A DNA stretch of 64,000 nt from Macrostomum lignano. Taxonomy: Eukaryota. The position numbers and the translations under genes are program-made. Every line of letters starts with the position of its first letter. Within the stretch, counting starts at the first letter, position 1. Below are positions 1-12,911 of the stretch, piece after piece. The stretch is from NCBI GenBank assembly GCA_002269645.1, contig NIVC01001827.1:1-64000 (forward strand). Direction: 5' to 3'. The notes below the pieces were generated by a model. It ran no database searches. It was not told the DNA's origin and was given only the letters and a program-made list of their open reading frames with translations.

Positions 1-211
1 ACAATAACTGAGCGAGGATTAGCCGCGATGGGGATGCTCTATTTCTGATAAATTGCATTTTGAATCGATTATCAGGGATTTTCGTGTCGGTAGGAATTTG
101 ATACATTGGCAGCTGGGACTTGAGTTAATCTGATTGGGGATGCATTGAGCTGTTGATTTGAGCTGCGCTTGCTGGGATTAAGAATTTCGACACCGACGAT
201 TAACGATGAAA

Positions 212-447
212 TCATGGTGATGATACCGATGATGATGCTGATGATGAAGACAATGATGGTGATGATGATGGTGATGATGCCGATGATGATGCTGATGATG
301 AAGACAATGATGGTGATGATGATGGTGATGATGCCGATGATGATGCCGATGATGATGCCGATGATGATGCCGATGATGATGCCGATGATGATGGTGATGA
401 TGATTGATGAAGATGATGATGATGCTGATGATGATGATGATGATGAT

Positions 448-497
<50 letters not shown>

Positions 498-803
498 AGT
501 GATGATGATGATGATGATAGTGATGATGATGATAGTGATGATGATAGTGATGATGATGATAGATGATGATGCTGATGATGAAGACAATGATGGTGATGAT
601 GATGGTGATGATGCGATGATGATGCGATGATGATGCCGATGATGATGCCGATGATGATGGTGATGATGATTAAGATGAAGATGATGATGATGCTGATGAT
701 GATGATGATGATGATGCTGATGATGATGGTAATGATGATGATGATGATAATGATGATGATGATAATGATGATGATGATGAAAGTGATGATGATGGTGTGA
801 TAG

Positions 804-897
<94 letters not shown>

Positions 898-1003
898 AGT
901 GATAATGATGGTGGTGATAGTGATGATGATGATGATAGTGATGATGATGATGATAGTGATGATGATAGTGATGATGATGATGGTGATGATGGTGATGATA
1001 ACG
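212..1003. repeat. Degenerate (GAT)n microsatellite with internal higher-order duplications
   Basis: Near-continuous GAT/GGT/GCT triplets; produces the poly-M, poly-D and poly-I ORFs in the track. Confidence 0.95.
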
Positions 1004-1601
1004 ATAGCGGCTGGCTCTAATGCTAATGCAATATATTGGCTCGTATTAACTCATATTCAGTGCAAAGCTTTTAAAAAGCTAGACACAGACCGCAGTTCAC
1101 TAGTTATAAACAAACCAGGTTTCCAGGCGCACTAACCACCCAGTCAGTTGGATTCGAACCCCAAACCCCTTGAGGCGCTCGGTAGGTCATCAATTAATTC
1201 TCGGCAACAACCGAGCGATGTGACTCGAAATAAAATGTCATCTCGGACAAAGGCTTGGAGAGCCACAGTTGTTGAGCTCGCAGAACGGAAGCATTCGCTG
1301 TCGAGCGCTAATGAGATGCCTCTCGGCAATGAGGGAATCCCCAGACTCCTTGATGCGGTGATGAAATTTGCTTTCACCTGCTTTTTATAGGGGACTTGAG
1401 GCGGCCCCTGGCTTTGGCGGAATCTCAACCTACTACGAGCGCACGAGCCAGGATTCTTGTCTGTCAGCAGTTTCTGCTCGGAAGTATGAGCTGTCAATTA
1501 AAGTCGTATTTGAGAAAGTTTTGAGTAAACAGCATTGAAAACAGCTTGGAGTATAAGGAGATGTTATAGCAAAACTTAGTCTTTAATGAGCCCTTTCACT
1601 T

Positions 1602-1723
1602 GGTGATGATGATGATGTTGGTCATGATGGTGATGGTGATAATTGAGATGGGTGACGATGGTAACGATGATGATGGTGATGATGGTGATGATGGTGATAA
1701 TTGAGATGGGTGACGATGGTAAC

Positions 1724-1772
<49 letters not shown>

Positions 1773-1858
1773 ATGATGATGATGGTGATGGTGATGATGA
1801 TGGGTGATGGTGATAATGATGAAGATAGTGATAGTGATTATGATGATGATGATGATGA
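1602..1858. repeat. Degenerate (GAT)n microsatellite
   Basis: GAT/GGT triplet run. Confidence 0.9.
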
Positions 1859-3227
1859 CCGCTCGGAACATTGACATTGACACCTCAAAAGATTTCAAAT
1901 TCTGTTGGAGAAACAAATTTCAGCCAGCTGTTTTTGATTGCCCGAAGAAGCAGATTGCATGAAGACTTATGAGTCGAAGCTGGAAAAGCTCAGCTGCATT
2001 ATTAACCTGGCTTCCAAATCGTGTTTTTTTAATTCTATTAAATGCAAAGAAAGCCGCATTCGAACATGTAAAAGTGTAGTAAAGCGACAAATCAATTTCG
2101 CTCGAAGAACTTCGCTCAAAGTGGATGCTGGGACGGACGTGGGTTTGGGCGGAAGCCTTTCATCCTCCATCACTCCTGTCGTGTTTTCATGGCCGGCAAC
2201 CCTGATCGAGTTGAAGCGAGCGGGCGCGGCTGCTGCCCCTTCATGATGTGTGCATAGCGAGAGTCAACTCTGGGTCAATATGGAAGACGATGGGGGGAGG
2301 GAAGAAAACGAGAGATGAAGAAGGGGAGAAAAGGACTTGAGGCGGAGGATGAGACCAGAAGCATGTTTGGGGGGAGGGGAAAGTTTTGAGGCTGCTCGCT
2401 CAGTGGCGGCTTGGGAGAGGGGGAGCAGGAGAACCCCCAAAAAATCCCCTCAACGATTTATGGCGGCACCGGACACGATTATGACATGTTAATGAAGTTG
2501 GCCGCACTCCCGCGGTCCGTCTAAGTCCCCCCCCCCGGATCCTCTGCTATCCCCAGCCCAGGCTATATAGTGCTCAAGGCTGAAGCTAAACTGGGGCCAG
2601 CTCAGGGGAGCCCTCCACTTCATTACCAGCTCCAATGGGACTTTGGGGGTGCAGGGAGCTGAGCGCAGTGCACCAGCCTTACCCCCGGCCTGCTGTCTGT
2701 CTGTCTGGTTGCCAACCGCCCCCCCCCTGTGTTTTCATCTGAAGAAAATATCTGCAGGATTTCTGCGCTACAATATCCTTGCCAGAGATTTCTTGCATGC
2801 TTGCATAGCCAGGCAGGCTGGGCTATAAGTATCGAGTTGGGCCAAGCCACAAACAGACGGGACGTGAAGTCTGAATACAATGATTTCACTGTACAGGACA
2901 GATTTGTGCCTTTGGCGTATACAAGCTCAGGTAGCAGCATAAGAAATGAGCTGTCTGGGCCTTGTCAGATTGCTAATTTATTAGATTATATAGCTGTGGC
3001 TAGGATGGGAACTACATTGACAGATATTGGAGTACAGCGGGTGCTTGACTGTTTATCTCATAAAATTACGTTTTTATCTATCTCCGATATGTATCGAAAA
3101 TAATTTTACACATTACATTGAAAATCGCAACAAACTCTGACTTTTTTTCGATTTTTCAGTTTAGTTAGGGCACTTAGACTTGTCCCTTTGGCATACTGGG
3201 AGCTTGCTGCTGTCACTTGCAGCGGAG

Positions 3228-3615
3228 AGGAGATAGAGGAGAGGGGGGGGGAAGAAAGGAGAGACAGGAGGGGAAAGAAGTGAGATGAGAGGAAAGAGGG
3301 GGAGTGAGGGGAAAGGACAGAGGGAAGAGGGGGAGGAGAGAGAAGAGAGGAGAGAGGAGAGAGGAGAGAGGAGAGAGGAGAGAGGAGAGAGGAGAGAGGA
3401 GAGAGGAGAGAGGAGAGAAGGGAGAGGGGGGAGAGAGGAAAGAGAGGAGATAGGAGAGACGAGAGATGGGATGAAAAAGGAGGAGAGAGAGGAGAGGGAA
3501 AGAGAAGACAGGAGAGAGGAGAGAGAGGCAGGCAGGCAGGCGGCAGGTAGGCAGGCAGACAGGAGGGCTTTTTAGACTTGAAATTGGATTAAAAAAGTAG
3601 AGAAGATAAGAGAGA
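3228..3615. repeat. Polypurine low-complexity tract with (GGAGA)n core
   Basis: Almost exclusively G/A; GGAGA pentamer run at about 3335-3418. Confidence 0.85.
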
Positions 3616-4495
3616 GAGAGAAAGCAGGCCTGGAGCCAGCGGTCAGATGTTGAGCGGATATCAAGTGCGGGGGAGACAAGGCGGATGGATATCGGCTTAT
3701 AGTGAAGCGGCCGGCAGGATTCCGTGGTGGTCATGCCAGAGACTGCATGCAATTGGCAAAAACAGCAAAACTGGCCGGATCGCTGGAATTCGGGAGGGGG
3801 GTGGGCAAGCACGCCTCCCACCTACTACACTATGGCCGCTGCTGCAGGATGTTTGTGCTGCTGCGGTGCAGCATTGGGGTGGGCAGATTAAAAAATCCCA
3901 CCACCCACCCCCCCTCGCATGCCCCGCTCAGATTGGAAAAGATCCATCGCTCGTAATTGCCAGGGAAATAATAAGTGGCCAGGCTGGGGGGCGGCCAGGT
4001 TCCAGGCGGCCGGGCGAATTAAATCTTCATCCCTTCTCCTCGGCCAGCCTGGCAGCCCGGATACGAATCCCTAAGGCTGATCCCGCACCTACTGCAGTCC
4101 TTGCCCCTTCACTTGATCCCCCTCACTTCGCAGCTGGGAGAAAATGGCGGCTGCCCAACCCAAGCGGTGGGTGGATTAGGAAGAGAACAAGGATAGATAG
4201 AGAATGCTGCAGTACGTGTGCTCTTGAGAAACAGATATATGGCCCCAGCTGACCCAGGGTCGGCTCTATAAAAAAAACTGGTTCACAACTGCAGTCGTAC
4301 ACAGAAGTCAAAGTTATCGAACAAAGAGTAGCCGAGCTAACATAGGGAGCCAATATGATAATAAGATAGCTAAAGCTGAAACCAAAATCCCAAATCCTCG
4401 GATTCCTACTGTTCGACCATATAGACAAAAGTCTGCAACTGGAACTGAATTGCATGGTACTCTTTGGTTATCGGATCAATAATGAACATATAAAG

Positions 4496-4545
4496 CAGGG
4501 GTTGGCCAACTCCGGCCCGCGAAGCCTCTCTATCCGGCCCTCGGA
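4496..4545 (+). mobile_element. Possible solitary hAT (Charlie/Tip100-like) terminus
   Basis: CAGGGGTTGGCCAACTCCGGCCCGCG...ATCCGGCCC resembles hAT 5' ends; no matching opposite TIR found by eye. Confidence 0.35.
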
Positions 4546-6559
4546 TCCTTTGAAACTTCTCCATGGCAATACGGCCTGCTCAAGGTTTGTGTCTCTTCTC
4601 AGCTCTACTCTCTCTAATCTCCTCTCTCCCGAAAAGGTTGCCTGGAGGTTTTGACTTTTAAACAAAAATATATGTCCTATCGAATGCCGTTTATATGGGT
4701 GAATTTTTTTCGGCGAGGTTTCTGCCATAGACTCGAGCAATAGTCATTAAGTATACTATATCTTCTGTATGTGCTAAGTCAGATAACGGATATCCAAATC
4801 TGAGAGCCTACAGAACAAGACAGGTTGGGCCAGAAACAAAACGCAACTTTGCCGTTTATCCTGGAATCAGCGACCTAGAATACAATATTCAATACATTTA
4901 TTCATAACATTCCACTTCCTCTAGTTAAGTGCATAACAATAAATAATCGGTGATTGAAACTGTTCACGCAATTCAGTTACCTGTTGAAGTGAAGACATTG
5001 CTTCAGATAGACGATTATTGACAATTTCTGTGTAATGAAGTTAGCGCAATTCGATTTGTTCGGTTTTGTGAGTGCTGCTGCTGGCTGGATGATGAAGTTT
5101 CGCTCGATTGCCGTCCTTGAGTTTGCCAACTGACAGACCAACTGTTTTATTGCTAATTTCTGCCCTGCAGGCAAAGTTCCACGTTTAGCGACCCCGGGGG
5201 AGCAGTTAAAGGATTCTAATAAAGCGATGACCTGCTCAGCCGTCTCCTATTGGCTGACAGGTTCGCTTTGCTGCCGGCCAATCAGAAGCGCCGCTGCTGA
5301 GTTCATTTACGAGCGTATCTATAAGCACCAATTCGTTTAAAAGTGAGACATGGGGCATTGGGACATGTCTCTGACAAGGTTTGAAAAAAAGAATGAAAAT
5401 TGTTACGCGTATGCAGTCCATTTGACAGACGGCCACTGTAATAAAAAACTGTTAATAAAGACTGAAGGTGATGACTTGACAGTGGCGCCAGAGTCAGAGG
5501 CGTTGACGGCTCGCCATCATTCTCTTCCATTGTGTCCTCGATTTCGGTCAAAGAATCATTTTCCCCATGCTGGCATGCTTGCCAATTAGAATGCAGCTTC
5601 TTTCTCTAAGCTACAGCTTGAATACGAATAAATACGTCATAGCGGAAATCCCCCCCCCCGGTTCCGTTCCGCTTGGCAGCCGAGAGGTGCTGGCTAGGCA
5701 GAGAGTTTTGACCAGAGCTCGGCCAACAGACCCATTTACTGTATGAAGCTCAGGCACTCGATAAATACGGACTACAACACACACAGAGAGAAAATGCAGA
5801 CAGCCCGGGATGACGCGGCGGCAGATGCTGCGGTCCCAGGCTAGGGCGGGACTGAGTAGACTCAGTAGAGGATGGGATCAAGGGACTCGAGTGGTAGAGC
5901 TAATTCTGTCGCCTTGGTGAGAAAATGAATGCGAAGACAAGCTTATGGCACAAACATTAGAGGTCAGAGAGCACTGCTGACTCAAACGCGGAGGGGCGGG
6001 ATGGCAAGTATTCGATTTGAATGGGGAAAATAGCATGCAGCTTTACATTATCCCAAACTGCGTACATCTGGGATTTGAGTGCCTCTCAACACTACAGTCA
6101 GCAGACGACAGCCACCTTCGAAAACAACTCGAAGGCTTAAAGGAATCTGCGAGGAAGCCGGAGTAAGGGCGAGAAAAAGTTGGCGGGCTTTCCCGATTAA
6201 AACAGCAAGGCAGCGCGGGCTGAGCAAACCGAGTGTTGAATAATTGATTGATTTGCCAGAGTCGGAGCGTGTTTCGATGGGATCAATAATACATATTATA
6301 TTATAAAGTTAAGCGCTGCAACCTCCACGCCGAGGTGAGGAAGGCAAAACACTGCAGAGAATGATTGGCGGCAATTTTGGCCGCTCGCGGATCCCGTCGT
6401 CCAGGGATGGAAAAATATCCCTTCCAACTTTCTCGTACTCGAGACGCCTGGCTTAATTGGATGCTTATGGGAGCTGTAGGAAAAGCAGTTGAGTAGCACC
6501 ATTGTGTGACATCGTCCCACAGCACACGGTTGGGCTACCCAAAAATCTACATGTAAGAA

Positions 6560-7030
6560 GCTCAGATTCCATGACTATCTCTCAGATCCCAAGTCCATCA
6601 CTCAGATCCCAAGCCCATCTCTCAGATCCCAAGTCCATCTCTCAGATCCCAAGACCATCTCTCAGATCCGATCACCATCTCTCAGATCCCAAGTCCATCT
6701 CTCAGATCCCAAGACAATCTCTCAGATCCCACGACCATCTCTCAGATCCCAAGTCCATCACTCAGATCCCAAGACCATTTCTCAGATCCGATGATAATCT
6801 CTCAGATCCCAAGACCATCTCTCAGATCCCAAGACCATCTCTCAGATCCTATGACCATCTCTCAGATCCGATGATCATCTCTCAGATCCCAAGTTCATCT
6901 CTCAGATCCGATGACCATTTCTTAGATTACAAGTCCATTTCTCAGATCCCATGACAATCTCTCAGATCCCATGACCATCTCTCAGATCCCAAGGCAATAT
7001 TTCAGATCATAAGGTCATCTCACAGACCCT
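6560..7030. repeat. 20-bp minisatellite (CTCAGATCCCAAGACCATCT)n
   Basis: About 23 tandem copies with variable middle bases. Confidence 0.92.
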
Positions 7031-7539
7031 AGGATATTCTCACCGATACCAAAATAGATCCTAGATTTCAAGACAATCGTAAAGATCTTGAGAGACCACC
7101 CTTCCCAGATCTTAAAGTTCATTACTCAGATCGAAGCACGCTTTCAGATTCGTATAGCATATTAAGAGAGCTCAAGTCAGGTGCTCAGGAAACTGCGACT
7201 TTAAGGCAGGAAGAGACTTCGTCACGATCCGGCCTGAAGCACCGAGTGCAGTACTAAATTAATTTCCCTGCAAGGCTGCAGAGACGCCTTGCTCTTAGAT
7301 TTCACCGTTGCCGAACACCAGGTGAAATCGTGCGTGATCCGCGCTGGTAAATTCAAGAAAAAGCCAGTGAAAGCCAGGCTACGCGCAGTTAGTTTGGGCG
7401 GCAGGCAGCAAGACTACTTTTTAAGGTTAGTAGTCGGTCAAATTCTAGTCAGCATCCTGGATTGAAAAATGCACAATCTATTCGACTGCAACCTGCTGTG
7501 ACATTCGAAGTCAACACGAGTATTCGAAGCCAAAGCTAA

Positions 7540-7885
7540 GCAACTGAGGATCTGGGGGTGACGGCATAGCAACTGAGGATCTGGGGGTGACGGCATAGCA
7601 ACTGAGGATCTGGGGGTGACGGCATAGCAACTGAGGATCTGGGGGTGACGGCATAACAACTGAGGATCGGGGGTGACGCATAGCAACTGAGGATCTGGGG
7701 GTGACGGCATAGCCGCATAGCAAATGAGCATTTGGGGGTGACGGCATAGCAACTGAGGATCTGGGGGTGACGGCATAGCAACTGAGGATCTGGGGGTGAC
7801 GGCACAGCAACTGAGGATCTGGGGGGGACGGCACAGTAACTGAGGATCTGGGAGGGGCCTGACGGCACAGCAACTGAGGATCTGA
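7540..7885. repeat. 29-bp minisatellite (GCAACTGAGGATCTGGGGGTGACGGCATA)n
   Basis: About 11-12 tandem copies. Confidence 0.92.
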
Positions 7886-8583
7886 GATCGCCGGCAAGGT
7901 TTGGTTTATTACACACGAGTTATTTCGAATAAAAAATGCTAGCCTTACTACTCCTAAAAGTAGCAAGATGCGAAAAATCCAACAGTTTAAGCGTAAAGTT
8001 TACTATTCGAAAGTGATGCAAGAAAAAAGCAACATAAAAGACTATCAAAAATGTTTTGTAATAAGAAAGTCGTTTTAAATGTTCTTTTATACGATTCTGT
8101 ACGTTTTTTATTTACTGAAATATTTTGCAATGGCGAATCTTAGTTAACTGCTAGATCGATATTGAAAAAAAACGAATTCATGGCCCTAATATGCTACTCT
8201 TCGAGTACTTAACAAGTAATATAAGAAATTCCAAAGCTTTGAATATAAATATTTTGTAATTTTTAGACGGCGCCTTAATCCTCTGAACTGGTAAAGCTAT
8301 TTTTTAAAAACTATAAATCTTTGCATAATATAATAGTGCCATATTTCAAGGCTTATTCACTACCTGTCTGCGTGCCAGATCGAATTCATTATTGCTATTT
8401 TAACTAGAACACGGAAGGCAAAGCGTGGATGGAGCGAATTCGCAGACGAACAACTGATGGCAGAGAAACAGAACAATATTATCTACTCAATATGGACCAG
8501 CTTTTAAATTCAGAGCATCAACCATATATCATTAGGTCCAATAGGTGACACCAGCCAGACAGACTGTGGCTTAGCCTAATTCC

Positions 8584-8814
8584 CTAGCTGAGAGCCGACA
8601 CGGCCTTCTTAGCCGCGTCCTCAAGGTTATCGGCGCTTAATATTGGCAGTCCGGAGTCCGCCAGCAGCCGCTTGGCCTCTTCAACGTTGGTGCCTTCAAG
8701 GCGGACAACCAGCGGCACGCGAAGGCTGATCTTCTTGGCCGCCTCGGTGATGCCCTTGGCGATGGTGGCGCAGTTCACGATGCCGCCGAATATGTTCACC
8801 AGGATGCAGCGCAC
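8584..8814 (-). CDS. SUCLG2: Succinyl-CoA ligase [GDP-forming] beta subunit, exon 4 of 4 (terminal)
   Basis: cccgcag|GTG acceptor; [22 protein letters not shown]...[16 protein letters not shown]...[10 protein letters not shown]; TAG at 8586-8584. Confidence 0.95.
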   Translation of the reverse strand: MRCILVNIFGGIVNCATIAKGITEAAKKISLRVPLVVRLEGTNVEEAKRLLADSGLPILSADNLEDAAKKAVSALS

Positions 8815-8869
8815 CTGCGGGACGGTGGGTTGCTTAGACTTATGAAGACTAACCGTCAGGGTATAGGGA

Positions 8870-9455
8870 GACAGACACCTGTGCACAGCTACAGCCTACA
8901 GGACCACAGGTACACAGCAGCCTACACTGAGAGACCTGTGCACAGGTACAGGTACACAGCAGCCTACACTGAGACACCTGTGCACAGCTACAGGTACACA
9001 GCAGCCTACACTGAGACACCTGTGCACAGCTACAGGTACACAGCAGCCTACATTGAGACACCTGTGCACAGCTACAGGTACACAGCAGCCTGAGACACCT
9101 GTGCACAGCTACAGGTACACAGCAGCCTGAGAAACCTGTGCACAGCTACAGGTACACAGCAGCCTGAGACACCTGTGCACAGCTACAGGTACACAGCAGC
9201 CTGAGAAACCTGTGCACAGCTACAGGTACACAGCAGCCTGAGACACCTGTGCACAGCTACAGGTACACAGCAGCCTGAGACACCTGTGCACAGCTACAGG
9301 TACACAGCAGCCTACACTGAGACACCTGTGCACAGCTACAGGTACACAGCAGCCTGAGACACCTGTGCACAGCTACAGGTACACAGCAGCCTACACTGAG
9401 ACACCTGTGTACAGCTACAGGTACACAGCAGCCTACACTGAGACACCTGTGTACT
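8870..9455. repeat. 42/37-bp minisatellite in SUCLG2 intron 3
   Basis: Unit GAGACACCTGTGCACAGCTACAGGTACACAGCAGCCT(ACACT), about 14-15 copies. Confidence 0.92.
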
Positions 9456-9520
9456 TAACTACAGGTACCCTGACACAACGGTAGAGATAAACCCAAAACA
9501 AGAATGTCTCAATGGTTCAC

Positions 9521-9865
9521 CTGCTGGTCAGACGTGAGGATGCGGAACGCGTGGTAAACCTGCTTCTCAGTGACTCCGCCGCCAACGTCAAGAAAGTTGG
9601 CTGGTCGGCCGCCGCACAGCTGCACAATGTCCATAGTGGCCATGGCCAGGCCAGCGCCGTTCACGAGGCAGCCAATGTTGCCGTCCATGCCGATGTAGTT
9701 CAAATTGTGCTGGCTGGCGTCCACCTCGCGCGGGTCGGACTCGGCGTGATCGTCCAGCTCGAAGATCGACTTCTGACGGAAGCTGGCGTTGTCGTCGAAG
9801 TTCAGCTTGGCGTCGAAGCAGACAACGCGACCGTCTGGCGTCTCGCCGAACGGGTTAATCTCCAC
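9521..9865 (-). CDS. SUCLG2: SUCLG2 exon 3 of 4
   Basis: cgccag|GTG acceptor, CAG|gtgaac donor, 345 nt, phase 0; [12 protein letters not shown]...[11 protein letters not shown]...[18 protein letters not shown]...[10 protein letters not shown]. Confidence 0.95.
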
Positions 9866-9939
9866 CTGGCGGCGGGAGTGTCGGAGTGGAAGGGTCAGAA
9901 AATGTCAGAATAGAGGAACAAGTATCAGGGAAATCGCTG

Positions 9940-10555
9940 TGTCAGCACCATAGGGACCCCAAGTCAGCACCAGGGGGAGTCTCAGTGTCAGCACCAGGGA
10001 ATTCCTAGCGTCAGAACCAGGGGAATCCGTGTGTCAGCACCAGGAGAAATCTCAGTGTCAGCTCCTGGGGAAATCCCAGTGCAAGCACCAAGGAAAATCC
10101 ATGTCAGCAACGGAAATTTCCGGTGGCAGCACCTAGGGAAATCCCAGTGTCAGCAACAGGGGAATCCCAGTATCAGCACCAGGAGAATCCCAGTTTTGGC
10201 GTAAGGGAAATCCCAGTGTCAGCACCAGGAAAATTTCAGTGTCGGTGTAAGGAAATCCCATTGTCAGCACCAGGGGAATCCGTGTGTCAGCACCAGGGGA
10301 ATCCGTGTGTCAGCACCAGGGGAATCCGTGTGTCAGCACCAGGAGAAATCTGTGTCAGCTCCTGGGGAAATCCCAGTGCAAGCACCCACCAAGGAAAATC
10401 CATGTCAGCAACGGAAATTTCCGGTGTCAGCACCTAGGGAAATCCCAGTGTCGCGTAAGGGAAATCCCAGTGTCAGCAACAGGGGAATCCCAGTGTCAGC
10501 ACCAGGGGAATCCCAGTGTCGTCGTAAGGAAAATCCCAGTGTCAGCACCAGGAGG
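9940..10555. repeat. Degenerate ~23-bp minisatellite (CAGCACCAGGGGAATCCCAGTGT)n in SUCLG2 intron 2
   Basis: Many diverged tandem units, with a longer block duplicated inside the array. Confidence 0.85.
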
Positions 10556-10972
10556 AGAACTCAAAATCATGTCCTGGACTATGCATGGCCAGTTCGAATC
10601 TTATTTTTAAGACACATTTTGTATTTTAAAAGCTCGAACTAGAGGTCTTGTTAACTCAAGAAAATAGTTGGTTGTGTACATAGTGCCCAAAAATGATTAG
10701 TTAAGTAAGCACAGTACCTGTATTGAACACATTTTCATTGATCTTTTTATTAGGGCATTTTCCTAATATTTAAACTATTAGTAGAGCATCAAATAACAGC
10801 TTAGCATAACTATGGCAAGTATTTTAATTGTATTCGTATAATTTATCGATTTGTCAGGTTTTGCCCTGGATATTACGCTATTGAATTTGATCGAGTCACC
10901 CTTCAAGGCAACCGCCGTGAGCGACACACATTGAGAGGCTTAAAAGTGCAAAACAAACGCATTTAAACGCAC

Positions 10973-11272
10973 CTGCGTACAGTCGACGGCCTGAAACAGG
11001 CTGTAGAGTTTCAGAATCTGTTCGGCGGCTTCCGCGCGACGCGGCCCAGAGAATCCCAGACAGTCGGCCATGCGATCAGCCTGCTCCCTAGTCAGGCCCT
11101 TGTTGATGTCCACAACCTCTTTGAAAATGGCGTCCGGACTTTTCGCGGCCACCTCTTCGATGTCCATGCCGCCCTGGGGACTGCCGACAACTACTGGGCC
11201 GCCGGACTCGCGGTCCATGAGGATGGCCAGGTAGGTCTCCCGGCTGATGTCCAGCGCTTCGGCTACCATCAC
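10973..11272 (-). CDS. SUCLG2: SUCLG2 exon 2 of 4
   Basis: caccag|GTG acceptor, CAG|gtgcgt donor, 300 nt; VMVAEALDISRETYLAILMDR...GSPQGGMDIEEVAA. Confidence 0.95.
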
Positions 11273-11414
11273 CTGGTGATTGCGGTGGCAATCATTAGCT
11301 CTGACCAAAATTAACCGTTAGGTAAACAGTCAATAATCTCAGTTTTATCTTAAAGTGTCAGGAGACTAATTTCCGTCCATCGACTAAGTGAAACATAGTA
11401 AAAACTCTCGCATC

Positions 11415-12025
11415 AGAGGAGGAAAGGGCGGATTGACATCAGGCATCAAAGGAGGGAAAGGGCGGATTGACATCAGGCATCAAAGGAGGGAAAGGGCAGA
11501 TTGACATCAGGCATCAAAGGAGGGAAAGGGCGGATTGACATCAGGCATCAAAGGAGGGAAAGGGCGGATTGACATCAGGCATCAAAGGAGGGAAAGGGCG
11601 GATTGACATCAGGCATCAAAGGAGGGAAAGGGCAGATTGACATCAGGCATCAAAGGAGGGAAAGGGCGGATTGACATCAGGCATCAAAGGAGGGAAAGGG
11701 CGGATTGACATCAGGCATCAAAGGAGGGAAAGGGCAGATTGACATCAGGCATCTTGATGCATCTTAGATTGACATCAGGCATCAAAGGAGGGAAAGGGCG
11801 GATTGACATCAGGCATCAAAGGAGGGAAAGGGCAGATTGACATCAGGCATCAAAGGAGGAAAAGGGCAGATTGATATCAGGCATCAAAGGAGGGAAAGGG
11901 CGGATTGACATCAGGCATCAAATGAGGGAAAGGGCAGATTGACATCAGGCATCAAAGGAGGAAAAGGGCAGATTGATATCAGGCATCAAAGGAGGGAAAG
12001 GGCGGATTGACATCAGACATTAAAG
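11415..12025. repeat. 34-bp minisatellite (GGAGGGAAAGGGCGGATTGACATCAGGCATCAAA)n in SUCLG2 intron 1
   Basis: About 18 near-identical copies. Confidence 0.93.
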
Positions 12026-12114
12026 AAGGGAAAGTGCTTTCAAGCCTTAAAACCGAAGGGTCGAGGAATAAGAGTTAGACGTAAACCTAGTACGACAAAT
12101 AACTGAGCGGTTAC

Positions 12115-12498
12115 CTTGGACACCATGACGCCTTCCTTTCCAGTCTGCTTAGTAACCAGCTTGTGCCCAAGCATGCTCTGAACCAGGCCAGCCACCTTAG
12201 CTGGCTCCTTAGTGAGATGGACGCCGCCTTTGAATCCGGTGTCAAAGACGCCTTTGCCCCGGCCGCCGGCCAATATCTGAGCTTTAATAACGTACTCGGC
12301 CGGTTTGAACGAGTCGGCCAATTTACTAGCCGACTGTGCATTGTCGGCAACTACAAAGCTTTGCACATTCACTCCGTAATCTTGCATCAGCTTCTTGCTC
12401 TGATATTCTTGCAGGTTCAACCAGCGCCGGCAGCAGCGGAACAGACCGCTGGCAGAGGCCGCCGATTGTCGGCGAGATGAAAGGCTTCGAGTAAGCAT
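12115..12498 (-). CDS. SUCLG2: SUCLG2 exon 1 of 4 (mitochondrial presequence plus ATP-grasp N-terminus); joined protein 419 aa
   Basis: ATG at 12498; Arg/Ser-rich leader; WLNLQEYQSKKLM (GDP-type) and KAQILAGGRGKG motifs; AAG|gtaacc donor. Exons 384+300+345+231 nt join in frame. Confidence 0.95.
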
Positions 12499-12911
12499 GG
12501 CGGTGCTTTGGTTTTGTTTATTTGTTAGTTAAACTGCAAATTATCAGCCGGGCGGCGCGCTTTGATGTTTACTTGTTTACTTTGACAATAAAACACAAAT
12601 AGATATCTATATAACTAGCTGATCAAATTTCTATGCATTAATAACATTCTACACTCACATGTATCATATCAAATCAGGAATTAGACACGTACGACTGTGT
12701 ATTAAATGGAAGCCTTAAAAATATTAAGGAAACGATGTGTGCTTTATTGTTTGACTGTGGCAGTAGCGGATATAAGATCGGCGAAATATTTCAATGATTG
12801 CAATTAAATTCACTCACTTAAAAATGCATCGCATTTAAACGCGTAACAAATCCTATTGTAGAAAACTCGCATTTACTAATCCGTAGAATGAGACTTAACA
12901 TTATAAGGGAC

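Noticed and set aside
72-1135. Long poly-M/D/I/S ORFs, and similar ORFs at 23897-24765, 29434-30540, 37323-37968, 38880-39782, 44069-46472, 49042-49764, 52151-52923, 53650-54735 and 60022-60859
   Set aside because: They are open only because the repeat unit lacks a stop in that frame; no splice or domain evidence
1144-2246. LINE or Penelope ORF remnant
   Set aside because: No RT, APE or GIY-YIG motif is visible in any listed frame
8815-12114. Recent transposon-derived (introner-like) origin of the SUCLG2 introns, suggested by CAGGTG on both sides of two introns
   Set aside because: This is simply the splice consensus before Val codons, and the positions appear to match intron positions I recall in vertebrate SUCLG2; the intron interiors are unrelated to each other
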